Assembly (NCBI GenBank): GCA_963664705.1
Contig: OY761556.1
Span: 448,001 to 512,000, forward strand
Length of the DNA: 64,000 bases
DNA from: Acidobacteriota bacterium
GTDB lineage: Bacteria; Acidobacteriota; UBA6911
Reading direction: 5' to 3'
How positions within the stretch are numbered: the stretch's first letter is position 1; each line of letters starts with the position of its first letter. A model generated the notes under the pieces. That model did no database searches and was not told where the DNA came from. It saw only the letters and a program-made list of their open reading frames with translations. This document shows, piece after piece, positions 1 through 9,275 of this stretch. The position numbers and the translations under genes were made by a program.

Positions 1-267
1 CGGAGACATACCCGATACGCTTGTGCGGGCGGCAAAAGGAATTCCTGAACCCGATACGGCTCCAGTCATCAGGAAAACCATATTCTTGGGATGAAAGGCA
101 TCCTGAAGATCCCATTCTCCCGGTGCTACGCTGAATTCCCAAAAAAGGGCGGTGGAGGTGCCATGACCGCCGCCATACATTTCATACTTTGCGGTATCCA
201 GTCTTGTAATTTGTTTTGTCGAAAGGTCTACCAATAAAATCTTTCCACCGAATCCTGGTGTTGCCAT
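1..267 (-). CDS. Aldehyde:ferredoxin oxidoreductase (W/Mo-bisPT AOR family), N-terminal part; runs off the window edge
   Basis: Own translation from ATG at 267: MATPGFGGKILLVDLSTKQITRLDTAKYEMYGGGHGTSTALFWEF...DAFHPKNMVFLMTGAVSGSGIPFAARTSVSGMSP, matching the AOR N-terminus (GKILxVDL, GGxG, P.N..F.TG). RBS GGAGG upstream. Not in the ORF track because it is truncated. Confidence 0.85.
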   Translation of the reverse strand, partial: MATPGFGGKILLVDLSTKQITRLDTAKYEMYGGGHGTSTALFWEFSVAPGEWDLQDAFHPKNMVFLMTGAVSGSGIPFAARTSVSGMSP

Positions 268-288
268 AATCTCTATCCTCCGTTTCCT

Positions 289-1026
289 TTATGCCCCTGC
301 CTTGGGTTTAGGTTTCGCGCCGAATCCTCCGGGTCCGCCCTTTGGAGCAGGAGGCGCCAGGTTGACTTCGTATCCACCAGTTTCCAATGGAAGCTTATCC
401 ACTACCTTCAGAACTTGTTTGGGGCAAGCCTCAACGCAAGCTTGGGCTCCGGTAACGCCACCCTTCCTGTTGAAATAGGGTGTATTGGTGCATAGATCGC
501 ACTTCGTCGATTTATTGGCCTTTGGATTCCAGATGGTGCGATGAGGAGTTTGCGGACACATTCTAATGCAAGTTTGGCAACCAACGCATTTTTCGGCATC
601 GATCATTCTGATGTTGCCGTTTTCGGCGCTGACATGGCAGGCGCCCGTCGGACAATACTTCACGCAGGATGGATCAGGACATTGTTTGCATACATGGGTG
701 ATAATGTCTGCGGGATATTCATTGAGAACTGCCCGATGCATTTGAATTCGGGACAGTGACAAGCTTACCTCTCCATCGTGAGCCATAGAGCAGGCTATCA
801 TGCAGCCGTAGCAGCCGGCACAGTGTTTCGAGTCATAAACCAGATATTTGGTTGAAAGCGGATAGTTACCCTTGTCTTCAGCAGCAGCGGCCGCAGCCGG
901 CGCAGCCGTTGCCAGGGTTGCTAGAGCTCCGCCGGCGATAGCGGTTCCGCCACCGACGACGAAATCACGTCTAGAGAATTTCTTTTTGTTTTCTTTGCTG
1001 CCTAGAGCATTTTTCTCCTCAGCCAT
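289..1026 (-). CDS. Tat-exported 4x[4Fe-4S] ferredoxin-like subunit (DmsB/NrfC/YdhX type)
   Basis: SRRDFV twin-arginine motif followed by an Ala/Gly-rich h-region. Four Cys groups: CAGCYGCMIAC, CKQCPDPSCVKYCP, CVGCQTCIRMCP, KCDLC...CVEACP. Start moved to ATG 1026, which has GAGG upstream. Confidence 0.88.
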   Translation of the reverse strand: MAEEKNALGSKENKKKFSRRDFVVGGGTAIAGGALATLATAAPAAAAAAEDKGNYPLSTKYLVYDSKHCAGCYGCMIACSMAHDGEVSLSLSRIQMHRAVLNEYPADIITHVCKQCPDPSCVKYCPTGACHVSAENGNIRMIDAEKCVGCQTCIRMCPQTPHRTIWNPKANKSTKCDLCTNTPYFNRKGGVTGAQACVEACPKQVLKVVDKLPLETGGYEVNLAPPAPKGGPGGFGAKPKPKAGA

Positions 1027-1157
1027 GGACACCTCTTTGTCTATTTCTAGTTACTACGAGTATGTGCTTATTTTATATCACTCAAAGTGTTAAGTCATTA
1101 TTTTCACGAAATGTCTGGACCATTGTGGTCCTATATCGATTGGAATGCCGACCGAAT

Positions 1158-1730
1158 TCAGGTATGCCGCGGGGAACGCTGGTGGATTTGAAATCCGGCT
1201 GCGCTCAACTGATTTCTGTAAAGAGCGCGGAGGGAGGAAAGGTACTCCTGATAATGACTTGACTTGTAGTCGGGAAATGTCCAGGGAAAGTCCTGCCATC
1301 TCTTTGACTGGTAATGCAGCGTCACTTCCGCGTAAATCCCTTTTGAAACCAAAATTCTGTGAAAAAAGTTCTTCGTGGAGGCCAGCACCACTTTGGATTG
1401 CTCGATATATCCCGGATCGAGGTTTATGGGACGGAGCACGCCGAGATTCCGTGCCGCGAAGTCTGTTTCCATTGCATTTGTCGCTATTTTGACATCGGCA
1501 ATTTCGGAAGCATCGATCATCCGCGTGAAGGCAAAAAAGCACCGATGGATGGGGTTTCCCATCTCTGCGTCATAGTAGTTTGTCTGGTCAAACAGGAAGA
1601 GATCGCTTTTCGAGTCGACCGACCCGAAAAGCCCGCTTAGCCTTGCTTCGATTTCAGGCAGCAGGGAAGGGATTGACGTAAGAATTCCTACAAACAGCTT
1701 GACCGGGAGCGGAGTGCGAATGTCTGCCAT
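1158..1730 (-). CDS. DUF4416 family protein
   Basis: Motifs PVKLFVGIL, TNYYDAEMG, KIATNAME, RPINLDPGY, LASTKNFFHRI, GIYAEVTL, FPWTFPDY are typical of DUF4416. Confidence 0.8.
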   Translation of the reverse strand: MADIRTPLPVKLFVGILTSIPSLLPEIEARLSGLFGSVDSKSDLFLFDQTNYYDAEMGNPIHRCFFAFTRMIDASEIADVKIATNAMETDFAARNLGVLRPINLDPGYIEQSKVVLASTKNFFHRILVSKGIYAEVTLHYQSKRWQDFPWTFPDYKSSHYQEYLSSLRALYRNQLSAAGFQIHQRSPRHT

Positions 1731-1752
1731 AGGTTCAGTGGAGAATACGGTG

Positions 1753-2439
1753 TTATCTCAGGTATTGTGTTGGATCCGGGACCCCTGCCTGCTCAAATCC
1801 GCGGCGGCGGAGAACACAGGAGTCGCAGCCTCCGCAGGCCAGCCCTTCCGGCGACGGATCATAGCAACTGTGGGTGAGCGAGAAATCCACGCCGATCTCT
1901 ATGCCCGCCAGAATAATTTCGGCTTTGCTCATGTGCAGCAACGGAGCATGGATTTTGTACCGGGAAGCCCCTTCCACTCCCGCCTTGGTTGCCAGGTTGG
2001 CCAGCGTTTCAAAGGAATCTAGAAATTCAGGCCGGCAGTCAGGGTATCCGGAATAGTCGACGGCATTGACGCCAATGAATATGTCCTGAGCTTCCAGAAC
2101 CTCGCACCATCCGAGAGCAAAGCTCAGAAAAATCGTATTGCGCGCGGGGACATAGGTGACGGGGATGCCGGAAGCGATGTGCCCGGCATCCCGGTTCTTT
2201 GGCACTTCTATTTCCGATGTCAGCGCTGAGCCGCCGAATACGCGCAGATCTATTTTGGCGATGACATGGTTCCTGATGCCCAGCGATTGCGCAATGTTCC
2301 TTGCGGCCTGCAATTCGTAGTGATGCCGCTGGCCGTAATCGAAACTAAGCGCATAAATTTCAAATCCCTGTCGTTGTGCGAGAGCCAGGACGGTACTGGA
2401 ATCCAACCCGCCGCTGGTCAATACTACAGCTTTTTTCAT
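1753..2439 (-). CDS. queC: 7-cyano-7-deazaguanine synthase
   Basis: SGGLDS PP-loop, [33 protein letters not shown], and C-terminal SCY...CGGCDSC zinc motif. Confidence 0.96.
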   Translation of the reverse strand: MKKAVVLTSGGLDSSTVLALAQRQGFEIYALSFDYGQRHHYELQAARNIAQSLGIRNHVIAKIDLRVFGGSALTSEIEVPKNRDAGHIASGIPVTYVPARNTIFLSFALGWCEVLEAQDIFIGVNAVDYSGYPDCRPEFLDSFETLANLATKAGVEGASRYKIHAPLLHMSKAEIILAGIEIGVDFSLTHSCYDPSPEGLACGGCDSCVLRRRGFEQAGVPDPTQYLR

Positions 2440-2505
2440 CTCTTTTGCCCGTTCGAGTCTTCGAGTCTTTGCCTGTTCGGGTTACAATAGTCCATTTTTG
2501 GAGAA

Positions 2506-4455
2506 ATGATGCTTCAAATCAAGGGGCTCGGTAAAGCATTTCGTGGCGAGTGGCTGTTCCGCTCTCTCGATTTCCAGGTTAACGATCAGGACAGAATCGG
2601 ACTTGTTGGAGATAACGGGACCGGGAAATCGACGCTCATGAAAATCCTGGCCGGACTCACCGCCGCCGATGCGGGCGATGTGATCGGAGCCAAAGACCTG
2701 ACATTTGGCTATCTGCCGCAGGATGGTCTGTTCGCGCAGGGGCGCACTCTCCTGGAGGAAGTGCTTTCTGTTTTCGAGTCCCTGCGGACAATGGAAAAGG
2801 AAATTGGGCAGTTGGAACACGAGTTGGCCGAAATGCAGCATTCCGGGGCCGAGTACGAAAAAAAGATGGAGCGTTACTCCGTCGTTTCCCAGCAGTTCCG
2901 ATTGAAGGACGGGTATTCCCTCGAAGCCCGGGCGGGGTCTGTTCTGCTCGGTCTCGGGTTTTCACCCCAGGATTTTCAGCGGCCGTGCCAGGAATTCAGC
3001 GGCGGGTGGCAGATGCGCATAGCCCTGGCCAAACTCCTTTTGCAGCAGCCGAGCCTTCTTCTCCTGGATGAGCCGACAAATCATCTGGATCTCGAGGCGA
3101 GGAACTGGCTCGAAAGCTATCTGAAAAATTACCCGCATGCCCTGGTTCTGGTATCGCACGACCGGTATTTTCTCGACGCATCCGTGGAAAGGGTATTGGA
3201 AATCCGGAACCGCGGCGTTCATTTCTATAAGGGAACCTATACAGATTTTCTCCATCAGCGCGAGGAGCGGATTGCGCAGCTTGTCGCCGAATATGAAGCC
3301 CAGCAGAAAGAAATTGCCCGGATAAAAGCGTTTGCCGAAAAATTCCGCTACAAGGCCACCAAGGCAGCTCAGGTTCAGAGCCGCCTGAAAGACCTTGAGC
3401 GCATGGAAAAGATCGAGCTTCCCCCGGAGACCAAGCCGATCCGGCTTCGTTTTCCCGAAGGACCCAGGACAGGCCGTGTCGTGCTCGAACTGAATAATGT
3501 TACCGCCGGATATGGGGCATCTCCCGTTTTTTCTAATCTGAACTATATCCTGGAAAAAGGGGAGCGTGTCGCCCTCGTAGGGCCGAATGGAGCGGGGAAA
3601 TCAACCATGATGAAGATGCTTGCCGGCCGTCTTCCTTTGATGGAGGGGGAGCGGAAGGAGGGGCACAACGTGATGGTCTCCTATTTCTCTCAAGATCAGG
3701 ATGACCTTCTTGCATCGAATAAGACGGTCTGGGATGAGGTCTATTCCGTCGCGCCCAACCATATTGTCCCCCAATTGCGAACGCTTCTCGGTTGCTTTCT
3801 TTTTTCCGGAGATTCCATTGAAAAGCCTGTGTCGGTTTTGAGCGGCGGCGAACGAAGCCGTCTGGTTCTGTGCAAGCTCCTTCTGTCGCCGGCCAACTGC
3901 CTTCTTTTGGATGAACCAACAAACCATCTCGATATCCGGTCCAAAGACATCCTGATGGACTCACTGCGCGATTACGAGGGAACCCTTGTTTTCGTAAGTC
4001 ACGATCGATACTTCCTGGATGGACTGGCTACCAAGGTGCTGGAGATCGGAAGCCAGACCGCGACAACATACCTGGGCAACTACGAGGACTATCTATTAAA
4101 GAAAGCCGAACAGGAAAAGGCCCAGGAATCAGCCATCAATGCCGCTGAAGCCAAAGCTCTATCCCAATCCGAGCCACAGAGGCAGGAGACGGAAACGGTT
4201 GTAAAAAAGAAGAAGGTGAACCCCTATCGGATCCAGCAGGTCAAGACCCAAATCGAGAAACTGGAGGGACAAATCCACTCCCACGAAACACGTGTCGCTG
4301 TCCTCAACCAGATGCTTGCTTCCGAAGAGCTTTACCGCGACCATCAGCTCTTTCGCTCCACCATGGAGGAGCATGACCGGCTGGAAAAGGAGCTCGAAGG
4401 ATTCCTGGCTCAATGGGAGGATTTGAACACGGAACTGGAATCCATGCAGAATTAG
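2506..4455 (+). CDS. ABC-F family ribosome-associated ATPase (YheS/YdiF/Uup-like)
   Basis: Two ABC domains (GDNGTGKST, FSGGWQMR, LLLDEPTNHLD; GPNGAGKST, LSGGE, DEPTNHLD), an interdomain linker, a C-terminal coiled coil and no TM segments. Confidence 0.93.
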   Translation: MMLQIKGLGKAFRGEWLFRSLDFQVNDQDRIGLVGDNGTGKSTLMKILAGLTAADAGDVIGAKDLTFGYLPQDGLFAQGRTLLEEVLSVFESLRTMEKEIGQLEHELAEMQHSGAEYEKKMERYSVVSQQFRLKDGYSLEARAGSVLLGLGFSPQDFQRPCQEFSGGWQMRIALAKLLLQQPSLLLLDEPTNHLDLEARNWLESYLKNYPHALVLVSHDRYFLDASVERVLEIRNRGVHFYKGTYTDFLHQREERIAQLVAEYEAQQKEIARIKAFAEKFRYKATKAAQVQSRLKDLERMEKIELPPETKPIRLRFPEGPRTGRVVLELNNVTAGYGASPVFSNLNYILEKGERVALVGPNGAGKSTMMKMLAGRLPLMEGERKEGHNVMVSYFSQDQDDLLASNKTVWDEVYSVAPNHIVPQLRTLLGCFLFSGDSIEKPVSVLSGGERSRLVLCKLLLSPANCLLLDEPTNHLDIRSKDILMDSLRDYEGTLVFVSHDRYFLDGLATKVLEIGSQTATTYLGNYEDYLLKKAEQEKAQESAINAAEAKALSQSEPQRQETETVVKKKKVNPYRIQQVKTQIEKLEGQIHSHETRVAVLNQMLASEELYRDHQLFRSTMEEHDRLEKELEGFLAQWEDLNTELESMQN

Positions 4456-4456
4456 T

Positions 4457-4487
4457 TTGCGTTTCGCCCGCGGAGATGTGCTATCCT
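4457..4487 (+). promoter_or_regulatory. Putative sigma70 promoter (extended -10)
   Basis: TGcTATCCT at 4479-4487, with TTGCGT at 4457-4462 (19-nt spacer). Confidence 0.35.
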
Positions 4488-4497
4488 GACCTTTCAT

Positions 4498-4625
4498 CGG
4501 CCTTGGGGCAGTACTACAGCCATGCGCTCATTGGGATGGTGAATGCCGTCTCCCAGTTTCAAGCCCCCCAGGATTGATCCATTTAGAATTCAAATAGTCC
4601 CGAAGCATGAGTACTTCCTGGGCTG
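4498..4625 (+). ncRNA. Candidate structured RNA or leader (rod-like hairpin), unassigned
   Basis: Manual pairing of the two ends: CGGCC/GGCTG, AGTACT/AGTACT, CATGC/GCATG, TTGGGA/TCCCGA, TGAAT/ATTCA. It starts just after the extended -10 element. Confidence 0.25.
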
Positions 4626-4729
4626 TTAGAACAGTTGAGGCTGGTTCTCATGGCACAGGCATTTGGTCGATGGTTCTTTATGCCGGGGAGTGTTGACATA
4701 GCTTTTTCGGCTGTGTGTTAAGGAGGGAA

Positions 4730-5152
4730 ATGTCGAGAAAATATCGTCAGTCCGGCTACCAGGATAGTGACCGGGACAGGGAAAAAAGACCCAAGCCGCC
4801 TCCTCGTCCAAAAGGATCGGGAGGAAGAGTGGAAACCAAGTTCCATCTGGTTACGCGCTGTAATAATTGCGCGTCCGAAATCCAGGTGGAGGGGGATAGC
4901 ATCCGGGTAACGGACCAGTGCAAGAAGTGCGGCACGGATCTGCATACATGCCGAAATTGTATGAATTTCGATCCATCAGCCCGCAACGAGTGTACGAAGC
5001 CTGTCGAGATCCGGGTCATGAACAAAAGCGTGAACAACCTCTGCCCTTCTTTTGATCCCAAGGTGCTCATTGAAAAGCAGGGAAGTGGCGCCGCACCGCC
5101 CAAAGTAGTGGATAGCCACCGTCAAGCCTTCCTCGATCTGTTCAAGAAATAG
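4730..5152 (+). CDS. Cys-rich (probable Zn-binding) hypothetical protein
   Basis: AGGAGG RBS before ATG 4730. CNNC, CKKC, CRNC and two further Cys; basic, Pro-rich N-terminus. Confidence 0.7.
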   Translation: MSRKYRQSGYQDSDRDREKRPKPPPRPKGSGGRVETKFHLVTRCNNCASEIQVEGDSIRVTDQCKKCGTDLHTCRNCMNFDPSARNECTKPVEIRVMNKSVNNLCPSFDPKVLIEKQGSGAAPPKVVDSHRQAFLDLFKK

Positions 5153-5170
5153 CGGACATTCCTGCCAAAT

Positions 5171-5232
5171 GAGTTTTAAGTCTTTGAGTTCGGCTACAAA
5201 TGTGTAGGGCCGCACTCAAAGACCCAAAACTC
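5171..5232. terminator. Long hairpin between convergent genes (probable bidirectional terminator)
   Basis: GAGTTTTAAGTCTTTGAGT (5171-5189) and ACTCAAAGACCCAAAACTC (5214-5232) are 17/19 complementary. Inner stems CGGC/GCCG and CTACA/TGTAG. Confidence 0.55.
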
Positions 5233-5261
5233 TTGTATTTCAATCCGGGCTGATCAGGTAA

Positions 5262-5699
5262 TTACTGTTTTGTCAGCTGCGATGTGCAATGGGGGCATCG
5301 CGAAGCGGGTATCGGTATGGCCGAAGCGCAGAACGGGCAGTCCTTGGTCGTGGGGGCTGCTGCCTCAGGCTGGCGCTTGAATCTGTTGACTTGCTTCACA
5401 AGCATGAATATCGCAAATGCGATCAGCAGGAAATCGATTATCGTGTTGATGAAAATACCGTAATTCAGTGTTGCGGCTCCCGCTTTTTTCGCGGCTTCGA
5501 GCGTCGGGAGATGTTGCCCCGATAGATCGATGAAGAGACTGCTGAAATCAACTTTGCCCAGCAGCAGACTGAATACTGGCATCAAAACATCGCCCACAAA
5601 CGAACTTACAATCTTGCCGAAAGCCGCTCCAATGATGATCCCTACCGCCATGTCGAGGACATTCCCCTTCATAGCGAATTCCTTGAACTCCTTCAACAT
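5262..5699 (-). CDS. mscL: Large-conductance mechanosensitive channel with C-terminal zinc ribbon
   Basis: [46 protein letters not shown]; tail CPFC-x10-CPHC. Confidence 0.95.
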   Translation of the reverse strand: MLKEFKEFAMKGNVLDMAVGIIIGAAFGKIVSSFVGDVLMPVFSLLLGKVDFSSLFIDLSGQHLPTLEAAKKAGAATLNYGIFINTIIDFLLIAFAIFMLVKQVNRFKRQPEAAAPTTKDCPFCASAIPIPASRCPHCTSQLTKQ

Positions 5700-5740
5700 A
5701 TCGCTCTCCTTCCGTGGATTTTGAAATAGTGCGGATATCC

Positions 5741-5771
5741 TACTCCTAGGATCTTAGAAAATCTAGGAGTA
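5741..5771. repeat. Inverted repeat upstream of mscL
   Basis: TACTCCTAG (5741-5749) / CTAGGAGTA (5763-5771). Confidence 0.5.
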
Positions 5772-5838
5772 AGAAATCAAAAGGCAGCAGCAGGAAATAG
5801 GAATCAGGGAGCAATAGGTCAGAAGCAAAAACACTCTG

Positions 5839-5873
5839 TCTCCTGTCTCCTGACTCCTGACTCCTGTCTCCTT
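5839..5873 (+). repeat. Tandem heptamer repeat (WCTCCTG x5)
   Basis: TCTCCTG TCTCCTG ACTCCTG ACTCCTG TCTCCTT, preceded by a degenerate purine-rich complement (CAGGAAA TAGGAAT CAGGGAG, ~5791-5811). Confidence 0.8.
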
Positions 5874-5878
5874 GCTTC

Positions 5879-8800
5879 TTACTCCTTCTTCAGCTGTTTC
5901 CCGTAGAGCTTCAAAAAGTAATCGATTGTTTCGACTCGCAGCCGGATAGAACCCGTCGGTCTGTTTTCGTCGATGTCCTTAAATGCGAAATAGGGCGTTC
6001 CGGACGTTTCGATGATCTTTTCGATGGTGGAGTATATAGGCGCGTCGTGGCCGCATTTAAAGTTGGAGAGTTCCACGGCGATCAGGTTGGGATGGCGTGC
6101 TGTGAATTTCGCGGCCCATAGCTTATTGGCACTGTTGGCGGAGAAGGTGTGTTTCCACACATCACTTACATCCAGCGGGCTTTCGATTATTCCCTCCCGG
6201 ACCTCCTCCCCGAACAGGCGTTCGAGAATATCTGAATCGAGCGGTAGGGTTGCCTGGGAAAAGACGGGGTATCCGCGCTTCTGCAACTCGTCAGGGATTC
6301 CGAGGTTAATACCCGGATCATGGTGATAGGGGCGTCCCAGCAGGACGATGCCTACATTTCCTTCCTTTTCGAGATTGTCGATAATTTCGCGGGCTTTTTT
6401 CCGGACATCCGCTTCATATCTGTTCAACGCCTCATAACCGGCGTGAACGGCGGCCAGGTTTTCTTCTTTAGACAAATCGAGCAATGGTTGCCAGACGGCG
6501 AACAACTGCCGGGCCAGGAGGTCCGGCTTGGACATGTCCAGCAGCGGATTCAGATAGGCAACGCCGTTTTCGGCAAACAGGTCGGACTCTTTTGTGAAAG
6601 CGGCGCGAACGACTTCAGGTGTCAATGCCGTTGTCGGGCAGGCATTGCTGGCCCGAATCTTCAGCGGAGAACGCAAGACATCAAACATCGGGAAAAAGAT
6701 ACAGTCCAACTTCTGGCGACGGTGTTTTTCAAATAGCAGATTATGGACATGAGCCAGTCCCAGCTTGGAGGGATAGCAGGGATCAATCGCTCCTCTTTTG
6801 GACCCAACCCGGAACATCTCCTCGGTTGTAAAATCAGAATAAACCATATTGCCGGATGGAATTCCGAGTGTTTCAAAATAGACCTGGAATAGCGGGGCAT
6901 AGGCGTACATCCCCAGCACTCTCGGGATACCAATTCTGATTTTATCTCGAAGCGCGGCGGCTTTCTGAGTCAGGGATTTCCCGGGATGCCCATTTTCGGG
7001 TGCATGGAATCTCCATATCTCCCGGCCGGCATATTCGAGCAGATTGGGATTGGATTCGCGCGCAGCGTCCAGCGTTGCTTGGATGGCTTTCATCGCGCCC
7101 AAATCCTCAACCGTGCCTTTTTCGCATGTGGCGACGATCAGCCGTCTGGTGCCGTTTTCAGCGTCCGCGGTTCCGTCCGGTGCTTCGATATCAATGAAGG
7201 TACGGAGACAGTGATTTTTGCAGAAGCGGCAGCGGGTTTCTTCGCCGACGGTAGTCTTGTACTTAATGTTGCGAACGCCGTTTAGTCCGATAAATGATGT
7301 CTTTCGCCCCTGCTCCCACAGGGTCATGGCTTCAAAAGCCGCACCAATGGCGCCGGCTTCTCCTGCGTGCTTATGGACGATGATTTCAGGCGTCACTCCG
7401 GATTTTTCAAAGCGCTGGAGAATGAAGTCAACCTCGGCTTTAACAGCGGCGAGATTGTTCTGGGTCCCGCCCTGCAGAATGAATCGTTTTCCGAGTTCGG
7501 GCAGATTGGGGATTTTGGCAATGTATAGCCAGACATTTTTGGGCAGCACGGCTGCAAGCCCGGCAAGTATTTCGTTCGGCTTCCAGCCCTGTCCCTGGAA
7601 ACTGGCAATGTCTGCCTGAAGGAATACCGCACATCCATAGGGGAAGACGGGCATCTGGCGGGCAGTGAATGCCACGTTGGCAAACTGCTCGACCTTGTAG
7701 CCGAAGTTTTCAGCGATGGCCTGCAGAAAATAGCCGTTTCCGGCCGAGCACTGGGTGTTGAGCTTAAAGTCCTTTACGCGCCCGTCCTTCAGAATGATCA
7801 GCTTGATATCCTGTCCGCCGACATCGACGATGGCATCCGGCGCCCCGTAATAATGCAGCGCGGACTTTGTGTGGGCAACCGTTTCCACCAGGGCCACATC
7901 CGCACAGATTACATCCCGCAGGGTGTCCTTGGCGTATCCCGTGGTCGCCGCCCCAAGGACCTCGATGCTGGCTCCCTGAGATTCGACCTGGCCGCGCAGT
8001 TTTTCGAGGATCTCAACGGTGTCCGCGATCGGGTTTCCTTTGGAAAGCTGATAAGCTCTTGCAAGCACCTCCCCTTCCAGCGAGAGAAGAACGGCTTTGG
8101 TGGACGTGGATCCGCCATCGATTCCGATAAACCCTCTGGCTACATCGCCGGGATTGAACTTGGGTGGCGTAAAGGGCGGCGGAGCATATTTTTTCAGAAA
8201 CTCCTGAACCTCTTCCTCCGATTCCGCCAGGGCTCGCGTTCCGAGCCCGCTTTTGCTTTTGCCTTCCGTGCGTCCGCTATGGAGGCCACGGAGTTGAGTG
8301 AGTCCGAGGTATTGGCCGACTTCCGGTTCTTCCTCCTTGCCAAATTCCGCTGCCCCGAGAGCGCCAAAATACTCGGCATCCTGAGGTGCGCGGATTACCT
8401 GTTCCGCTGTCATGCCCGCCGGGATCTCAATTCCTCGTTCCTGCCACATGAGCGTCACATTATGTTGCCAGGCCTCGCGCATGCCGGGAATAAATGCATT
8501 GGGACCGCCGAGCAGAAGCACATGCGGCAGCAGCGTATGCCCGCGGGCCAGCACCTTCAGGTTTTGGAGTACGAATGCTTCGAACAGGGAGGCCATCAAT
8601 TCGTTGGCGGGGATCCCCGATTTCTGAAGTCCGTTGATGTCGGTTTCCGCAAATACTCCGCACTTGCCGGCTACCGGATGGACGCGAATGCCGGAATAAT
8701 GCAATTTACCCAGATCTTTGAGCGGAATCCCGACTTTCATGCTGATTTTATCGATGACGGCGCCCGTGCCTCCCGCGCACTTGTCATTCATCGAAGGGAC

Positions 8801-9184
8801 TTTTTTTATGCGGCCTGTTTCCGGATCCTTGCGCAGGATGACGATCTTGGCATCCTGCCCGCCGATTTCGACAAAGGACGCAGCTTCCGGACATCGACGC
8901 TCTACCATGAGCGCCGCCGCCAGAACCTCCTGAACGAATTTGGCGCCAATCAGATCGGCAAACATGGGTCCGCCTGCACCGGTCATGAATGCCCGACAGT
9001 TGCCTGGGGTGATCCCTGCTTCGGATTCCATGCGTTCGAGGAAATCCAGTAGTGTTTCCAGCTGGCGTGTGTCATGCCGGCGGTAGTCCTTCCAGACCAC
9101 TGCCTCGGTTTCGGTGTTAATCACGACTGCTTTGACAGTTGTAGAGCCTACATCGATGCCGGCACGATATTTCGATACAGACAC
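5879..9184 (-). CDS. CoA-substrate-specific enzyme activase (two BadF/BadG/BcrA/BcrD ASKHA ATPase domains plus a DUF2229-like C-terminus)
   Basis: GIDVGSTTVK...EIGGQDAK...KCAGGTG...KCGVFAE, then a second copy GIDGGSTSTK...DVGGQDIK...CSAGNG...GCAVF. C-terminal GIPRVL, DPCYPSK, FKCGHD. GTG start with AGGAG RBS. Confidence 0.88.
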   Translation of the reverse strand: MSVSKYRAGIDVGSTTVKAVVINTETEAVVWKDYRRHDTRQLETLLDFLERMESEAGITPGNCRAFMTGAGGPMFADLIGAKFVQEVLAAALMVERRCPEAASFVEIGGQDAKIVILRKDPETGRIKKVPSMNDKCAGGTGAVIDKISMKVGIPLKDLGKLHYSGIRVHPVAGKCGVFAETDINGLQKSGIPANELMASLFEAFVLQNLKVLARGHTLLPHVLLLGGPNAFIPGMREAWQHNVTLMWQERGIEIPAGMTAEQVIRAPQDAEYFGALGAAEFGKEEEPEVGQYLGLTQLRGLHSGRTEGKSKSGLGTRALAESEEEVQEFLKKYAPPPFTPPKFNPGDVARGFIGIDGGSTSTKAVLLSLEGEVLARAYQLSKGNPIADTVEILEKLRGQVESQGASIEVLGAATTGYAKDTLRDVICADVALVETVAHTKSALHYYGAPDAIVDVGGQDIKLIILKDGRVKDFKLNTQCSAGNGYFLQAIAENFGYKVEQFANVAFTARQMPVFPYGCAVFLQADIASFQGQGWKPNEILAGLAAVLPKNVWLYIAKIPNLPELGKRFILQGGTQNNLAAVKAEVDFILQRFEKSGVTPEIIVHKHAGEAGAIGAAFEAMTLWEQGRKTSFIGLNGVRNIKYKTTVGEETRCRFCKNHCLRTFIDIEAPDGTADAENGTRRLIVATCEKGTVEDLGAMKAIQATLDAARESNPNLLEYAGREIWRFHAPENGHPGKSLTQKAAALRDKIRIGIPRVLGMYAYAPLFQVYFETLGIPSGNMVYSDFTTEEMFRVGSKRGAIDPCYPSKLGLAHVHNLLFEKHRRQKLDCIFFPMFDVLRSPLKIRASNACPTTALTPEVVRAAFTKESDLFAENGVAYLNPLLDMSKPDLLARQLFAVWQPLLDLSKEENLAAVHAGYEALNRYEADVRKKAREIIDNLEKEGNVGIVLLGRPYHHDPGINLGIPDELQKRGYPVFSQATLPLDSDILERLFGEEVREGIIESPLDVSDVWKHTFSANSANKLWAAKFTARHPNLIAVELSNFKCGHDAPIYSTIEKIIETSGTPYFAFKDIDENRPTGSIRLRVETIDYFLKLYGKQLKKE

Positions 9185-9201
9185 TGCGTTCTCCTAATAG
9201 A

Positions 9202-9271
9202 ATTTCAGATTCCAGATTTCAGATTCCAGATTGATATATGAAATCTGGAATCTGAAATCTGAAATTTGAAA
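9202..9271. repeat. Heptamer-repeat palindrome
   Basis: ATTTCAG ATTCCAG ATTTCAG ATTCCAG followed, after a short loop, by CTGGAAT CTGAAAT CTGAAAT TTGAAAC (inverted copies). Confidence 0.85.
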
Positions 9272-9275
9272 CTAG

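Noticed and set aside
1753-2439. queC as part of an anti-phage (QatC/Cap9-type) or DNA-modification (dpd) system
   Set aside because: The sequence is a canonical-length tRNA-pathway QueC with all standard motifs. No TatD, CBASS or dpd genes are adjacent.
4515-4556. Fluoride riboswitch-like GGAGACGGCATTCACC on the minus strand
   Set aside because: The first stem has a mismatch, the 3' pseudoknot segment (TGATGCC-like) is absent, and it points into the 3' end of a convergent gene.
4651-4667. Sigma54 promoter TGGCAC-AGGCA-TTTG
   Set aside because: The -12 GC dinucleotide is missing at the required spacing.
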